Assembly (NCBI GenBank): GCA_965203515.1
Contig: OZ241907.1
Coordinates: 2,048,001 to 2,112,000 of the forward strand
Length of the DNA: 64,000 nucleotides
From: Spirochaetia bacterium
GTDB lineage: Bacteria; Spirochaetota; Spirochaetia; SZUA-6; Bin103
Direction of reading: 5' to 3'
Shown: positions 1 to 12,265 of the stretch, one piece after another
Position numbering within the stretch: the stretch's first letter is position 1
Layout of the letters: every line of letters starts with the position of its first letter
Translations under genes and position numbers: made by a program
The notes under the pieces: model-generated
Seen by the model: the letters and a program-made list of their open reading frames with translations, nothing else
The model's database searches: none
Told to the model about the DNA's origin: nothing

Positions 1-23
1 GGACCCTGGAGCGCGCCTGGCGC

Positions 24-899
24 ATGCGCGTCTTCTACCTGCTGCTGGTCCCGGCCGTGGCCCTGCTGATCGTCTTCAAGTACGTGCCGATGTACGGCGT
101 CGGCATCGCGTTCGTCGACTACAACATCGTCAAGGGCATCCTGGGCAGCGCCTGGAACAACTTCAAGTGGTTCGAGTGGGTCTTCAACGACCACTTCTTC
201 TGGCGCGTGCTGCGCAACACCGTGATCCTCAGCCTGCTGCGGCTGGCGCTTGGCTTTCCCGCGCCGATCCTGCTGGCGCTGCTGCTCAACGAGGTGCGCA
301 ACACCTCGTTCAAGCGCTCGGTGCAGTCGATCAGCTACCTGCCGCACTTCCTCTCCTGGGTGGTGCTGGGCGGCATCATCAAGGAGCTGCTGTCGATGCA
401 GCGCGGCGTGGTCCCCTACCTCATGACCGTCGTCGGGCTGGAGCCGATCAACTTCCTCACCAACATCCCGACGTTCCGGGCGCTGCTGGTGGCGACCGGC
501 ATCTGGCAGGGTATCGGCTGGGGTTCGATCATCTATCTTGCCGCGCTGTCCGGGATCGACCCCGAGCTGTACGAAAGCGCGACCGTCGACGGCGCCAACC
601 GGCTGCAGATGGCGCTGCGCGTCACCCTGCCGGCCCTGGCCCCGATCATGATGATCCTGTTCCTGCTGCAGCTCGGCAACATCCTGGAACAGGGGTGGGA
701 TCAGATCTTCAACCTGTACAACGACGTAGTGGTGTCGGTCTCCGACGTGTTCGAGACCCTGGTCTACCGTTCCGGCATAGAAGGACCGAGGTATTCCTAC
801 GCCACCGCCATCAACCTGTTCCAGAACGTCGTGGGATTCGCGTTGCTGATGCTGGCCAACCAGATCGTGCGCCGCCGCAACGAGTACGCGATCTGGTGA
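24..899 (+). CDS. Carbohydrate ABC transporter permease (LplB/YteP-like); true start probably lies upstream of the window
   Basis: FKYVPMYG, ISYLPHFLSWVV and EAA loop (LYESATVDGANR). The upstream in-frame TLERAWR mirrors the N-terminus of the paralog at 1028. Confidence 0.9.
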   Translation: MRVFYLLLVPAVALLIVFKYVPMYGVGIAFVDYNIVKGILGSAWNNFKWFEWVFNDHFFWRVLRNTVILSLLRLALGFPAPILLALLLNEVRNTSFKRSVQSISYLPHFLSWVVLGGIIKELLSMQRGVVPYLMTVVGLEPINFLTNIPTFRALLVATGIWQGIGWGSIIYLAALSGIDPELYESATVDGANRLQMALRVTLPALAPIMMILFLLQLGNILEQGWDQIFNLYNDVVVSVSDVFETLVYRSGIEGPRYSYATAINLFQNVVGFALLMLANQIVRRRNEYAIW

Positions 900-942
900 C
901 CTCTCCCTGCCCGTGGCGGGCGCCGGCACGGCGACGCGCCGG

Positions 943-971
943 TTGACGCACCGTGCACGGACCGGTAGGGT
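943..971 (+). promoter_or_regulatory. Sigma70-type promoter
   Basis: TTGACG (943-948), 17-bp spacer, TAGGGT (966-971), upstream of ORF 1028. Confidence 0.55.
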
Positions 972-1027
972 CACCGGCAGCGGCCCGCCGCCCTCCATGA
1001 CCCACCACCACCGACACCGAGCGATCC

Positions 1028-2062
1028 ATGGCTGACCCCCCCCCTACCACCACCGCGCGACCCGACCCGTCGCCGGCGCCCGCCGCGCCGAACGCCGGCC
1101 TGTACGACAGCTTCGGCACGGAACAGGAGCGGGCCGCGTACCTGAAGCGGGTGCTCCGGCGGCAGACCGCGCGGCGCGCATGGCGCATGCGGGACTTCTA
1201 CCTGCTGCTGGCGCCGGCGGCGGTGCTGCTGTTCGTCTTCAAGTACATCCCGATGTACGGAGTGAGCATCGCCTTCGTCGACTACAACATCGTCAGGGGC
1301 ATCCTGGGCAGCACCTGGAACGACTTCAAGTGGTTCGAGTGGATATTCAACGACCACTTCTTCTGGCGCGTGCTCCGCAACACCGTGATCCTGGCCGTGC
1401 TGCGCACCATCTTCGCCTTCCCGGCGCCGATCATCCTGGCGCTGCTGCTCAACGAGGTGCGCGCGACCCCCTACAAGCGGGTCGTGCAATCGATCAGCTA
1501 TCTGCCGCACTTCATGTCCTGGGTCGTGCTGGGCGGCATCATCAAGGAGTTGCTGTCGCCGCAGCGCGGCGTGGTCCCCTACATCATGCAGCAGCTGGGG
1601 ATGGAGCCCTACCCGATTCTGACCACCCCGGAGACGTTCCGGGCCCTGATCATCGTGGTCACCATCTGGCAGGGCGTCGGCTGGGGCACGATCATCTACC
1701 TGGCGGCGCTGTCGGGGGTCGACGTCCAGCTCTACGAAAGCGCCGCCATCGACGGCACCAACCGCTGGCAGAACGCCATCCACATCACCCTGCCGGCGCT
1801 GGTGCCGGTGATCACGATCCTGTTCCTGCTCAACGTCGGCAACATCCTGGAGTTCGGCTTCGACGTGATCTTCAACCTGTACAACTCCAACGTCTTCGAG
1901 AAAGTCGACGTCTTCGAGACGCTGCAGTTCCGACAGGGCATCGAAGACGCCAAGTACTCCTACGCCGCCGCCATCGGGCTCTTTCAGAACCTGGTCGGCC
2001 TGATCGTCCTGGTCGGCGCCAATCAGATCGTACGCCGCTACAACGAGTACGGAGTCTGGTAG
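1028..2062 (+). CDS. Carbohydrate ABC transporter permease (LplB-like), paralog of 24..899
   Basis: Same motifs (YIPMYG, ISYLPHFMSWVV, LYESAAIDGTNR). Confidence 0.92.
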   Translation: MADPPPTTTARPDPSPAPAAPNAGLYDSFGTEQERAAYLKRVLRRQTARRAWRMRDFYLLLAPAAVLLFVFKYIPMYGVSIAFVDYNIVRGILGSTWNDFKWFEWIFNDHFFWRVLRNTVILAVLRTIFAFPAPIILALLLNEVRATPYKRVVQSISYLPHFMSWVVLGGIIKELLSPQRGVVPYIMQQLGMEPYPILTTPETFRALIIVVTIWQGVGWGTIIYLAALSGVDVQLYESAAIDGTNRWQNAIHITLPALVPVITILFLLNVGNILEFGFDVIFNLYNSNVFEKVDVFETLQFRQGIEDAKYSYAAAIGLFQNLVGLIVLVGANQIVRRYNEYGVW

Positions 2063-2066
2063 GGAC

Positions 2067-2990
2067 ATGGCTAATCCGTTGGTCAGAGTGTCGCCGGCCG
2101 GCCGTTTGTTCGACGTCGCCAACTATCTGTTTCTCGGACTGTTCGCGCTGACGATCCTGTATCCGTTCTGGACCGTCGTCACCACCTCGCTGGCGTCACC
2201 GCTGTCGTTGCCGACCCTGGGGCTGCACCTCTGGAACGACGAGTGGCGTACCGAGGCGTGGATGTTCATGTTCCGGGAGAACGACATAGGCACCGCGTAC
2301 GTCAATACGCTGCACCGCGTCGTGTTCGGGACGACGTTGACCCTGTTCGTCACCTTCTGCGCCGCCTACGCGCTGTCGAAGCGCAATCTGCCCGGTCGTG
2401 CCGTGATCAACTTCCTGCTCGTCTTCACCCTGTTCTTTCAGGGCGGCCTCATTCCCACCTACCTGCTGGTGCGGAACCTCGGCATGATCAACTCGCGCTG
2501 GGTCCTGGTGATCCCGCCGGCGGTCGCCGCGTTCTCGATCATCATCACGCGCAACTTCATCATGACGATCGACCAGGCGATGGAGGACTCGGCGGTGATC
2601 GACGGCGCCAGCTACTGGCGCATCATGTTTCAGATCTTCATCCCCTTGTCGAGGCCGGTGCTGGCCGTCATCGCTCTGTGGACGGTCGTACAGCACTGGA
2701 ACGCGTGGTTCGACGCCCTGCTCTACATCACCGACCGGGACAGGCGCATCCTGCAGCTCCTGCTGCGTGACCTCGTGGAGCGTCTGCAGGGCTTTCAGAA
2801 CGACGAGTCGATGCAGCGTCTGGTGGAGGAGCTCCGCGCCCAGGGGATCGAGCCGGACTGGGCGCGCATCCCGCACCGATCGATCCAGGCCGCCACCACG
2901 TTGATCACGATCGGCCCGGTGATACTGTTCTACCCGTTCGTTCAGAAGTACTTCGTGAAGGGCGTCATGCTCGGATCGCTGAAGGGGTAA
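2067..2990 (+). CDS. Carbohydrate ABC transporter permease (LplC/YtcP-like)
   Basis: FQGGLIPTYL, EDSAVIDGAS, WNAWFD, C-terminal YPFVQKYFVKGVMLGSLKG. Confidence 0.92.
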   Translation: MANPLVRVSPAGRLFDVANYLFLGLFALTILYPFWTVVTTSLASPLSLPTLGLHLWNDEWRTEAWMFMFRENDIGTAYVNTLHRVVFGTTLTLFVTFCAAYALSKRNLPGRAVINFLLVFTLFFQGGLIPTYLLVRNLGMINSRWVLVIPPAVAAFSIIITRNFIMTIDQAMEDSAVIDGASYWRIMFQIFIPLSRPVLAVIALWTVVQHWNAWFDALLYITDRDRRILQLLLRDLVERLQGFQNDESMQRLVEELRAQGIEPDWARIPHRSIQAATTLITIGPVILFYPFVQKYFVKGVMLGSLKG

Positions 2991-3086
2991 TACCCATCCG
3001 CATTCCGCGTCGGGAGCACGTTTACCTTCCGGCGTAGGCAGGCGCCGCCACGGAAATCCCGGATAACCCAATCTTTGAGAGCTTGG

Positions 3087-3115
3087 TTGACGCCCGCCTG
3101 CGCCTATGGTAGGGA
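3087..3115 (+). promoter_or_regulatory. Sigma70-type promoter
   Basis: TTGACG-N17-TAGGGA with extended -10 TG, just upstream of ATG 3127. Confidence 0.45.
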
Positions 3116-3126
3116 CTTTGAGAGTC

Positions 3127-3360
3127 ATGGAACCAACAAATCCCCCCCCCCCCCGGGGGAAGATGATAAGGTAACCTCGAAGGCGCAGGCGCGCCGCCGG
3201 CTGCGCCTCCCCCGGGCCGCGGCTGCCGTCGTCCCGGTTCTGCTGTTCTTGTTCTTGCTCGCGGCGCCCGCGGACCGCGCCGCCGCCCATCCCGGCCACG
3301 GGACCTCACCCAACAGCCCGGTGACCTTCCCCGACTCCAACTTGGAGTCGGCGATCAGAG
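3127..3360 (+). pseudogene. 5' fragment of a secreted leucine-rich-repeat (internalin-like) protein; out of frame at a C13 tract and truncated by IS21
   Basis: Signal-peptide-like segment (RRRLRLPRAAAAVVPVLLFLFLLAAPADRAAA) followed by VTFPDSNLESAIR, a typical LRR N-cap, ending exactly at the IS left end. Confidence 0.6.
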
Positions 3361-3419
3361 TGTCCAGCGACAATCAAGATGAGAATGCAGCGACAATCAA
3401 GATGAGAATGCGCGCGTAG

Positions 3420-5253
<1,834 letters not shown>

Positions 5254-5256
5254 ACC

Positions 5257-5544
5257 ATGGCGTTGAGCAACGCGGCACGACAACGCCGCTACCGCGCGCG
5301 CCGCACCGCCGAGCCCCGCCCCGTGCAGTACCGCAGGCCGCGCGACCGCCGCTCACGCCCGCAACGCTGGCAGGATGCGGTGCAGACCCTGCGCGACCTC
5401 CAGGACGAGTATCAAGCCTGGCTCGACCACCTGCCAGACCCGCTCCGGGAGTCGGCGCTCGCCGGCAAGCTGGAGGCGATCTGCGAGCTTGACCTCGATG
5501 AACTGGAGAGCATCGAGCCGCCGCTCGGCTACGGGCGCGACTGA
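5257..5544 (+). CDS. Small hypothetical protein immediately after istB (probable IS passenger)
   Basis: Starts 3 nt after the istB stop; basic N-terminus, acidic C-terminus ending PPLGYGRD. Confidence 0.65.
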   Translation: MALSNAARQRRYRARRTAEPRPVQYRRPRDRRSRPQRWQDAVQTLRDLQDEYQAWLDHLPDPLRESALAGKLEAICELDLDELESIEPPLGYGRD

Positions 5545-5962
5545 CCGAACCGCAGTTCCCGGTTCGCCGGCATTGCCCTGCAAGCCCTGATCCGGCCGCC
5601 GCAGTTCGGCCCGCCGCCTGCGAGCAGGTCCCGCAGCCCGCTCCGCGCCTCCCCAACCGGCCGCCCTCCGACCGCCGCGCTCATGGCCTGCCGGCGCGCC
5701 GGAGCCGCCGTGCGGCGGCAGCCGATGTGCCGGCGCCCGCCCGCCGCAGTTGCTCCGGCCGCTACCGTCCCGCCGCACACACGCCGTTTGCGAGCGCCAT
5801 CACGCCTCCGACCAGCCGGACCTGACCGTTGCTCTGGGACCTCGACGGCGCCTCCTGCCGCCGCTTCCCGTGCTTGCCAACCCGCTCCTGAAGCAGCCCT
5901 CACCGCACGCCGGTCTGGGACTCTACGATACGAATCGTGGACCGGCGCGTGCGGGCCGCCCC

Positions 5963-6355
5963 TCATGCGTAGGGATCGGCGGCGTCGCGCAGGCCGTCGC
6001 CGAGGAAGTTGTAGAGCAGCACCGTCAGCACCACGAAGATGCAGGGGATGAGCAGCCACGGCTGACTCGCCACCGCCTGGAAGTTCTGCGCGTCCTGTAG
6101 CAGGGTGCCCCAACTGACCGCCGGCGGCTGGATGCCGAGCCCCAGAAAGCTCAGCGCGGTTTCGCCCAGGATCATCGCCGGAATCGCCAGCGTCAGCGAC
6201 ACGATGATATAGCTCAGGAACGACGGCAGCAGGTGCCCGAAGATGATGGTGCGCTCGGTCGCCGCCGACACCACCGCGGCCATCACGAAGTCCTCCTCCC
6301 GCAGGGACAGGAAGCGGCCGCGCACCACGCGAGCGAGCTGCGTCCAGCCGACCAG
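5963..6355 (-). pseudogene. Peptide ABC permease (DppC/OppC-like), 3' part, interrupted by IS3
   Basis: VGWTQLARVVRGRFLSLREEDFV...ETALSFLGLG...FLGDGLRDAADPY. Confidence 0.9.
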
Positions 6356-7808
6356 TGAGGTGGTCCTGGTTGGTTGGACAGGTTGAGGGGCAGAATAAGG
6401 TGTACTCGGGTGGTTGCGCTACCCCCTCGGTCGCTTCGCTTGCGAATGCGGCGGTAAGGCCGGGGTGCCGGGCGACGACCTCGATCCTGGGATGGCGGTC
6501 GCCACTCACACCCGCTCGCCTCGTAGACCGGCATCAGCGCGGTCATCCGCCGCCTGTCTTGAATCAGCGGCCCTCCTGTCTGGTGACTTCGTCGGTCCAT
6601 CGCTACGCCGCCTGCTCGCTGGCCGCCCGCGTGCCGTCGTAGCACTGCGCCGGCGTGCGCCCGCCGAGCGCCGAGTGCGGCCGCTGCTCGTTGTAGAACG
6701 CCATCCACTGCCCGATCACCCGCCGCGCCGCCCTGCCGTCGGCCAACTCGTGCAGGTAGACCGCCTCGTACTTCAACGACCGCCACAGCCGCTCGATGAA
6801 CACGTTGTCCATGCATCGGCGGCGGCCATCCATCGAGCACCGGATGCCGGCCGCCCGCAGCCGCTCGGTGAACGCCCGGCTCGTGAACTGCCTGCCCTGA
6901 TCGGTGTTGAAGACCTGCGGCCGTCCGTACCGCCGCAGCGCCTCGTCGAGCGCCGCGAGGCAGAACGCGGTGTCCAGCGTGTTGCTCAGCCGCCACGCCA
7001 GCACCCGCCGGCTCGCCCAGTCCATGACTGCCACCAGGTACAGATATCCTTCCTGCACCGGGATGTAGGTGATGTCGGCGCACCACACGTGGTTCGCCCG
7101 CTCGATGCTCAGGCCGCGCAGCAGATACGGGTACACGCAGTGTTCGGGATGCGCCGTGCTGGTGCGCGGCTTGCGGTAGATCGCCTCCAGGCCGAGCAGA
7201 TGCATCAGCCGGCGGACCCGGTGGCGGCCGACCGTCACTTCCTCCTGTTCGAGATGGCGCGCCATCTGGCGGCTGCCGTAGAACGGGTAGCACAGGTACA
7301 ACTGGTCGATGCGGCGCATCAGCGCCAAGGTCTCGGCGCTGTGGCCCTGCGGCGCGTAGTACAGCGTCGAGCGACTCATCGCCAGCAGCCGGCACTGCCG
7401 GCTGACGCTCAGGTGTTGGTGGGCTCGATCGACCATCGTGCGCCGTTGGTCGCGGCTCAACGAGCGAGCCCGCGCGCTAAAAAATCGCGCTCCACGGTCA
7501 ACTCGCCGATCTTGGCGTGCAGGTCGTGGATGATCGCTTCGTGATCGTCCTGCCGGCGCTTGGCGCCGGTGGCGAACAGGTCGTGCAAGCCGTCGACGGC
7601 TTGCCGCTTCCAGTCGCTGACTTGGTTGGGATGCACCGCGTGATCGGCGGCGATCGCCTGAATCGTGCGGTCGCCGCTGAGCGCTTCGAGCGCCACGCGC
7701 GCTTTGAACTCGGCGGTGAATCGCCGCCGTTTCCTGGCCATCTGGTCGGCCCTCCTCAAGGCCTGGAGTACACCTTAGCAACCTGTCCAGTTTTCTAGGA
7801 CCACCTCA
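6356..7808 (-). mobile_element. Complete IS3-family insertion sequence (1453 bp)
   Basis: Terminal IRs TGAGGTGGTCCTggttggtTGGACAGGTTG and TGAGGTGGTCCTagaaaacTGGACAGGTTG; 3-bp target duplication CAG at 6353-6355 and 7809-7811. Confidence 0.95.
6603..7741 (-). CDS. IS3 transposase OrfAB (OrfA 7457-7741; OrfB reached by -1 programmed frameshift)
   Basis: OrfA RRRFTAEFKARVALEA; slippery TTTTTTA at 7484-7478; OrfB DDE motifs WCADITYI, NTDQGRQFT, DNVFIERLWRSLKYE. Confidence 0.92.
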
Positions 7809-8215
7809 CAGCGACAGGATCAGCGTGATAGCGAAGTAGGTCGTGATCACACTCCACTGCCGGGGTACCGCCGCGGCCAGCCCCATCCACAGCGGAATGG
7901 TGGGAATGGACGACAGCAGGTCGACCAGCCGCATCACCACGCGGTCCGCGATGCCGCCGAAGTAGCCGGCCAGTCCGCCCAGCAGCACGCCCAGCACGGT
8001 GCTGACCGACACACCCACCAAGCCGATCGACAGGGAGATGCGGGCAGCGTGGAGCACCCGCGAAAACAGGTCGCGCCCCAGCCGGTCGGTACCGAACAGA
8101 AACAGGGGCGCCCCTTCTTCGGCCGGCACGAACAGATGCGCGCGGGTCTTGAACAGCCCCAGAAAGCGGTACTCCTCGCCGGCGCCGAAGAACCGGATCG
8201 GGTACCGCCGCATCA
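7809..8215 (-). pseudogene. Peptide ABC permease (DppC-like), 5' part; N-terminus lost to IS remnants
   Basis: LFGTDRLGRDLFSR...GYFGGIADRVVMR...ITLILSL continues in frame into the 6355 fragment once the IS is removed. Confidence 0.88.
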
Positions 8216-8329
8216 ACGCGCCGCCTGCTCGGCGTGCGGCGTGCGCGCGACCACCGCTTCCAGTGCTGGAGCGTCCCCGGCAGCCGCGCCGCCAGGCAGT
8301 CGGGCCGCAGGCCGAAGGTGGTATGGGCT

Positions 8330-8689
8330 CGGCCAGCGGCAGGCCGGAGTGGCGGCGGTCGACCGGCTCGGTGGCGATGCCGTATGACACCGAGCTGTGC
8401 GAGAGCTTCTTCGCTGGGGTGCGAGAGCTACTGGATCGTCACCGCTTCGGCGGTCGGGCCGAGGTGCGCATGGCGGTATTCGATTTCATCAAGGGTTCTA
8501 CACCGGCGCCGGCACCACTCGGCACCGGGCTACCGGTCACCGGTCGCCTTCGAGGCCGACGAAGCCAAGGCAGCAGCATGACGATCGGCACGGTCGGCTT
8601 GACGGGCCAACGCCATCGCGGGGACTGTTCCCCTGCGTCGGGGTTGCGCACATCAGAGGTTACCTGTCCACCAAACCGGGACAACTCCA
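8330..8689 (+). mobile_element. Degenerate IS3-family remnant (OrfB C-terminus plus right IR)
   Basis: Frameshifted GSV..YD..LCESFF...ELLDRHRF..RAEVRMAVFDFI; terminal CTGTCCACCAAACCGGGACAACTCCA. Confidence 0.7.
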
Positions 8690-9103
8690 GTCTACCTGCA
8701 CGAGTTGGCCGACGGCAGGGCGACGCGGCGGGTGATCGGGCAGTGGATGGTGGATGGCGTTCTACAACGAGCAGCGGCCGCACTCGGCGCTCGGCGGACG
8801 CACGCCGGCGCAGTGCTACGACGGGGAGCGGGCGGCCGGCGAGCAGGCGGCGTAGCGATGACCGACGAAATCACCAGACAGGAGGGCCGCTGATTCAGGA
8901 CAGGAGGCGGATGACCGCGCTGACGGCGGTCGACGAGACGAGCGGTGTGAACGGCGACAGCCATCCTACGGGATCGACCGGTCGCCCGGCGCGCCGGGGC
9001 CTTACCGCCGCATTCGCAAGCGAACCGACAGAGGGGGTAGCGCAACCACCCGAGTACACCTTAATCTACCCCTCGACCTGTCCAACCAACCAGGACCACC
9101 TCA
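8690..9103 (+). mobile_element. Partial diverged inverted copy of the right end of the IS3 at 6356
   Basis: Closely matches the reverse complement of about 6356-6762; ends ACCTGTCCAACCAACCAGGACCACCTCA; a further fragment (WIEFCNEVRPHSALDGRTPA) follows to about 9160. Confidence 0.85.
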
Positions 9104-9163
9104 TGGATCGAGTTCTGCAACGAGGTACGACCCACTCGGCGCTTGATGGGCGGACGCCTGCGC

Positions 9164-10163
9164 TTATGGGTATGGCAACGGGTCCTTCATCAAATCCGTG
9201 TAGTTCAACCATTCGTCCCCAACCCCAGCCAACCTTCTCGCATTTCCGAATCTCGGATGTCCCATAACTGGCTTCGACGGCAAGAACGGAGCACACAGCT
9301 GAGGAATGAATACCTTGATCAGTCGCAATCTATTCCACTCTGGAGGAGTAAGATCAAATATTATAGGATCGATTTCATTTCTCTCCAATATCCGCAAGAG
9401 CTTCTCGAGTCCATTTCAACTCTAATCGGCGGTATCTTTGCATACCATCTGAGGTTAACACCGTCTCTTTCAATCACTTCAGTGACACCATGATACACCG
9501 CATTATCCATCGAAACATGGCAGCTAAGGCCTCCACTTTGCGAGTATCCGATAGCCGTCTCGCCAGGCAAAAATAGGTACCAGAACTCTACCAGCTGAGC
9601 AGGTACGTATATCGTATCTCCGGTTAACAGGCTTTCCCAGCGGTCCATGCAACCTTTGTATCGTCCGTAAATCGGGAGTATAGCCCATGAGGGCTATACA
9701 TTTCATTCTGCTCTGAAGCGAATAGATGTATATCGCTCGGTCCCAGGTGTCTGATGCACTCGCGCTGCATATCTTTAGCAGTTCCAAACTTATATCTCTC
9801 GAAATTCGCAAAGTAACGCACACTAGCCACTAGTCTTTCTACTGCTTCTCCTAAGCTAGACAAGAACATGTCGCTCAGCGAGTAGCCCTTTCCTCCTCCC
9901 TGGACACTCGTCCCTACTCCAGTTTCCATCGACGGTGAGCCGGCTAACCGTGCGAGTACATGATTCAAGTCAAATTGATCAACATGCCCCGAACTTACAT
10001 GAAATTGACTGTCGATTCCGAAGTACGAAAGCACTCTTCTGACTGGTCCGTTTAGGGAGTCGAGATGCGATACGAGCTCATCAATAGCCTCTCGATGTCC
10101 CGCCTCGATCATATAAGGATAAAGTTCAGAACCCGTGTTGACGTGGTTCGACCGCAATTTCAT
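9164..10163 (-). pseudogene. ycaO: YcaO-family cyclodehydratase, frameshifted and internally deleted
   Basis: GGGKG, LGEAVER, VPAQLV, SGGLSCH, TEVIERD motifs and C-terminal PLPYP, spread over three frames. Confidence 0.85.
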
Positions 10164-10166
10164 TAT

Positions 10167-10707
10167 TCACTCCCACCGCAATAAGCGACAAATGAGAAGA
10201 GTTGACACGACAGCGTAACCGAGCAACAATAGGATGCTCATAGACAGGTCACCTATCGGCATGTCGCTCCAAGCTGCCTTCATCACCAATCCGACGTGTG
10301 TCAACGGGAGAAATTTGCTCAAATTTTGAACAACCTGGGGAAAGTATTCCGGCGGTACCGTGAGCCCCGACAATAGGAGGTTAGGGATGAACAACAACTG
10401 GCCGAACGGAGCGACGGTTGCCTGTGACCGTGCCACCGCGGCAACCATCAAGCCCGTCGGTACCATTGCGGCCGCACCTAGCACTGAGCCAACCATCGCA
10501 ATCGCTATGCCATTTATAGTACTCGGCAAGTAAACGTCATAGAACAGATGATTGGTAGCAAAAGCGACAATGAAGAAAAACAGGACGAAAACGCCATTAC
10601 CGAAGAGAAAGGAAAGAATCACATCGGCTCGAGATAGTGGAGACGCTTTGAACATTTTGAGCAAACCGTATGACCGCTGGAGGGCGAAACCTGAAGGTAT
10701 GGTAATA
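10167..10707 (-). pseudogene. ABC-2 type exporter permease, 3' part, interrupted by ISL3
   Basis: RSYGLLKMFKASPL, LLLSGLTVPPEYFPQVVQNLSKFLPLTH. Confidence 0.85.
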
Positions 10708-12039
10708 GGGGCTTCCGGGTTTCGTGTGGGTAGGGCGCCCTGACGGTGGCGGTGGCGCCGCCAGCAAGGCTACGCTGGCGCCATGCGTGACAAGGAACTG
10801 TACGGCAGGATTCTGGGCGTCGAGGCACCGTGGCGAGTGGCCGACGTCGAACTGAACCTTCAGCAGGGCGAGATCGTGGTCCACGTCGAGCACGGCGGGC
10901 CGCTCACCTGCCCGCACTGCGGCCAAGCCGCGCGCCGCTACGACAGCCGTCAACGGCGGTGGCGCCATCTGGACACCTGCCAGTACCGCACCGTTCTGGC
11001 TGCCGACGTACCGCGGTCTCAGTGCCGGCAGCACGGCGTCAAGCAGATCGAGGTGCCGTGGAGCGAAGGCCGCTCGCGGCTGACCGCGCTGTGCGAGGCG
11101 GTCGTGATCGACTGGCTGCAGCACGCCACGATCGCGGCGGTGGCGCAGCAGATGCGGCTCAGCTGGGACGAGGTCGACGGAGTGATGCAGCGCGCGGTGC
11201 ACCGCGGCTTACAACGGCGTGAGGTGCAGCTGCCGCCGCGGATCGGCGTGGACGAGACGTCGTTTCAGAAGCGCCATGAGTACGTGACGGTGATCAACGA
11301 TCTGGACGGGCACGTCGTGCACGTGGCCGATGGCCGCCGCAAGGAGGTGTTGGAGGAGTTCTACCAGCAGTTTGACCCTGAGCAGTTGGCTGGCGTCGAG
11401 ACGGTCGCCATGGACATGTGGGAGCCGTACATCATCGCGACCGCCGCCTACGTGCCGGACGCGGAGCTCAAGATCGCGTTCGACAAGTTCCACGTCGCCC
11501 GGCACCTCGGCAACGCCGTTGACCAGGTACGGCGAGCCGAGAGCCGCCGGCTGGCCGGCAGCGGTGATGATCGGCTGAAGGGCAGCCGCTATGCGTGGCT
11601 GACCAACCCCGAGCACATGGATGCCGAGCGTTGGCGGCAGTTCGCTGACTTGCGGGACAGCGCGCTGCAGACCGCGCGCGCCTGGGGCTACAAGGAACAT
11701 GCGATGACGCTGTGGAAGTACCGCTCTCGCGGGTGGGCGCGCAAGGCGTGGCAGGCGTGGTACCGGTCGGCGATCCGGTGTCGTCTGGAGCCGGTCAAGC
11801 GGGTAGCGCGGATGGTCAAGCGTCATCTGGAAGGGATCGTGACGGCGGTGGTGCAGGGGGTGAGCAACGCGCGGGCGGAGTCGATCAACGCGGGGGTGCA
11901 GAGGTTGAAGTACGCAGCGCGCGGCTTTCGCAACCGGCAGAGGTTCCGCAACGCCATCTACTTTCACCTCGGCGGTCTTGACCTCTACCCCGCCAGTGTC
12001 GGCCGTGACCACCTCGTCCACACGAAAGCCTGAAGACCC
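10708..12039 (+). mobile_element. ISL3-family insertion sequence
   Basis: IRs GGGGCTTCCGGGTTTCGTGTGG and GGGTCTTCAGGCTTTCGTGTGG; 8-bp target TGGTAATA on the left, right copy TGGTA(TA)ATA. Confidence 0.92.
10783..12033 (+). CDS. ISL3 transposase
   Basis: CPHC zinc finger, RWRHLD, IGVDETSF, AMDMW, FDKFHV, SNARAESIN, ARGFRN. Confidence 0.95.
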   Translation: MRDKELYGRILGVEAPWRVADVELNLQQGEIVVHVEHGGPLTCPHCGQAARRYDSRQRRWRHLDTCQYRTVLAADVPRSQCRQHGVKQIEVPWSEGRSRLTALCEAVVIDWLQHATIAAVAQQMRLSWDEVDGVMQRAVHRGLQRREVQLPPRIGVDETSFQKRHEYVTVINDLDGHVVHVADGRRKEVLEEFYQQFDPEQLAGVETVAMDMWEPYIIATAAYVPDAELKIAFDKFHVARHLGNAVDQVRRAESRRLAGSGDDRLKGSRYAWLTNPEHMDAERWRQFADLRDSALQTARAWGYKEHAMTLWKYRSRGWARKAWQAWYRSAIRCRLEPVKRVARMVKRHLEGIVTAVVQGVSNARAESINAGVQRLKYAARGFRNRQRFRNAIYFHLGGLDLYPASVGRDHLVHTKA

Positions 12040-12265
12040 TGGTATAATAAATGCCGCCGCGGCTAAGTTTATCCCGACCGCATCCCACGCGACAACATTC
12101 CGGGAAAGCACTCCCGGCAAATTTTGTTTCGTAGTCGCCGAACATCTCACCAAACAACGGAACGACACCGATCGAAAACACTGCAGAGAACGTCAGACCG
12201 ACCGGCTCTCTCGCCAACAGCGTCACCTGATATCGAGTGGCTCTCAGTACGTGGTGGACATTCAC
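12040..12265 (-). pseudogene. ABC-2 permease 5' part (one G-run frameshift)
   Basis: LLAREPVGLTFSAVF... then VLSRNVVAWDAVGINLAAAAFI, joining ITIPSGFALQR across the ISL3. Confidence 0.75.

Noticed and set aside
3075..3126. TTG 3075 as the start of the LRR gene
   Set aside because: It lies upstream of the predicted promoter and has no RBS; ATG 3127 is preferred, although this is not proven.
3365..3410. Direct repeat as CRISPR or iteron
   Set aside because: It is the subterminal repeat of the IS21 left end.
5821..5840. Possible IS21 right end (CCTGACCGTTGCT)
   Set aside because: Only a partial match to the left-end repeat, with no terminal CA and no target duplication.
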